Positions 62,340 to 64,000 of a stretch of 64,000 bases of DNA are shown piece by piece. The notes beneath the pieces are model-generated. The model saw nothing but the letters and a program-made list of their open reading frames with translations. It was not told the DNA's origin and did no database searches. Numbering within the stretch: the first letter of the stretch is position 1; each line of letters opens with the position of its first letter. This DNA is from Kudoa neothunni (Eukaryota; Animalia; Cnidaria), in contig OZ199838.1 in NCBI GenBank assembly GCA_964304625.1, forward strand, positions 8,395,794-8,459,793, read 5' to 3'. A program made the position numbers and the translations under genes.

Positions 62340-63650
62340 TACTCCAGTTCAGTCGCTGATTTAAAAACCCAAAGTTAGACATTGAAAACTTTATTCATCC
62401 GGAATTCTCACACAAAGAATTTTATTAGATAATATAATCAATTCATACGAAATTAAAGACTTTATTATACGAAATTATGTGCTTGTAGTCATTTCATGAA
62501 AATATAATCTGCACATCCTAACTATATTTTTCACTATCATTATATGTCAGTCATATTATTTATAATCAACGAAATAAATTTTTTAAATATTTTATTTAAC
62601 ATGCAGAGAATTAATACAGAGATAAATTTAATTAATAAAATATTCAACCAAAATAGACGTTTTATTGACATCAAAATTTAATAAAGTAAAAAAATATATA
62701 TTATTTTTAATTAAAAAAAGTTATCATTGAATAATTTAAAAAAATTAGGAATTGCACATAAATTTCTATCAGCGTGTTTTAAACATTTTTTACTTTGTAT
62801 AACGTATTTAATTAAGAATAATAAATCGTCGTGAAAACCGATGGGAAATAATGAATTTAAATTTTTTTGTAATCTACAAAATTAATAAAAAATTATAAAC
62901 TAAAATAATTTAACATAATAAAAATAATTGTTCCTCACAAAAAATTACTAACAACGTAAATTTTCTAAACGTTGCCAATATAACTTCGATATGTATATTA
63001 CATTTGATTTTATCATTTAACTAAACAATTTGTTTGTTTATATTCAAGTTTAATATTTTAAAAGATATAATTTTTCAATTAACATCATTATACACAAAAT
63101 ATAGAAATAATAATAATAATGTTTGTCTTTTTTTAAGAAATTAATATTTTTCACGTTATATGAAATAAAACTAATAATGAATTTAAATATTAGTTTAAGC
63201 GATCACTCAATAAAACAGCTTTCATATGGCACACGTAGGGGGATTATTCTCAAAATTAAATTTTTTTATATATTTAATTTTAAATTTATAATTTTATTTC
63301 CTTTTCTTTATAATTCCGATTGCAGTTTAAACGACTTCCTAGTGGTCGACCAATCGATTTAACTTTCGAAGGAATCACTAGATCTAAACAAAATTTAACA
63401 TAATTTTTTTAAGTTTTACCTTTTAATTGAGGTTCTTCTACGATGGCGTTTGATCCATCGTTACAATCAATTTGTTCTTCCAGAGGACCAAAATCATCAC
63501 TGGAATTAAGTTTTGATATTTTGGTAGGTGAGATTTCTATTAAATTTATCGACGACTCCTAATTTTTATTAGTTAAAGTCAAATTATAAATTTTATACGT
63601 TCTCTTGAAATTCAGTTTTATCTTTAATTATATAAAATTTAATATTTTAT

Positions 63651-64000
63651 TTATAAACAAAAATCATATGTATCAAGGAACTGATCAATAACCATGACAT
63701 CGTGATTTCTAATTATTTTTTCCAATAGATTTATTGATTTTTCGAAAAATTCAGAAGTTGTATTGGCTAGTTTGGTTGTAAAATTTGACACGTACTTCAA
63801 CTTTTGTCCAAATGTCTTTATGTTAATTTTTTTCTTTTCAAGGACAACAGCAGGAAGATTTTCTGTATTATTTTGAGTTTTAGATTCCGTATTTAAAAAC
63901 TTCATTCCATACGCCTTTTTACATCGATCATTGCACAATGCTTCACAGAATAACGGAAGTTTTTCTGATAAACTATAGCTTAGAATATGGCGACGTGGTA
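63651..64000 (-). mobile_element. MULE-type transposase C-terminal fragment (post-SWIM region), runs off the window
   Basis: KLPLFCEALCNDR...QKLKYVSNFTTKLAN resembles the region after the SWIM finger in ZSWIM1/3-like MULE transposases. Confidence 0.5.

Overview
AT-rich eukaryotic genomic DNA, not prokaryotic. It is most likely from a compact, divergent animal; a parasitic lineage such as a myxozoan is plausible but is only an inference. Five housekeeping genes can be reconstructed by hand across very small (~40-60 nt) GT-AG introns that the ORF track largely misses: PDHA1 (-), ATG7 (+), RNGTT (-), PLRG1 (+) and CSNK2B (+). There is also a probable frameshifted thioredoxin-fold (TXNDC15-like) gene. 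These gene islands sit in a dense, repeatedly nested graveyard of DNA transposons: about nine piggyBac pieces, four Merlin, three hAT, two Tc1/IS630-like, several pogo/Tigger, two MULE and Helitron-like elements. No retroelement was recognised. Most notable: (i) a TGCGCR/GCGCATGC (NRF1-like) motif lies 10-45 nt upstream of the start codon of host genes and of unrelated transposases; (ii) the ATG7 and RNGTT stop codons face each other only 19 nt apart; (iii) a GC-richer Charlie/GTF2IRD2-type hAT looks horizontally acquired, and its two flanks belong to different elements; (iv) each piggyBac subfamily has its own GGGG-N-CCCC palindrome; (v) two kb-sized introns occur in otherwise miniature-intron genes. 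All coordinates and exon structures were read manually and need computational confirmation. I cannot claim a confirmed novel system.
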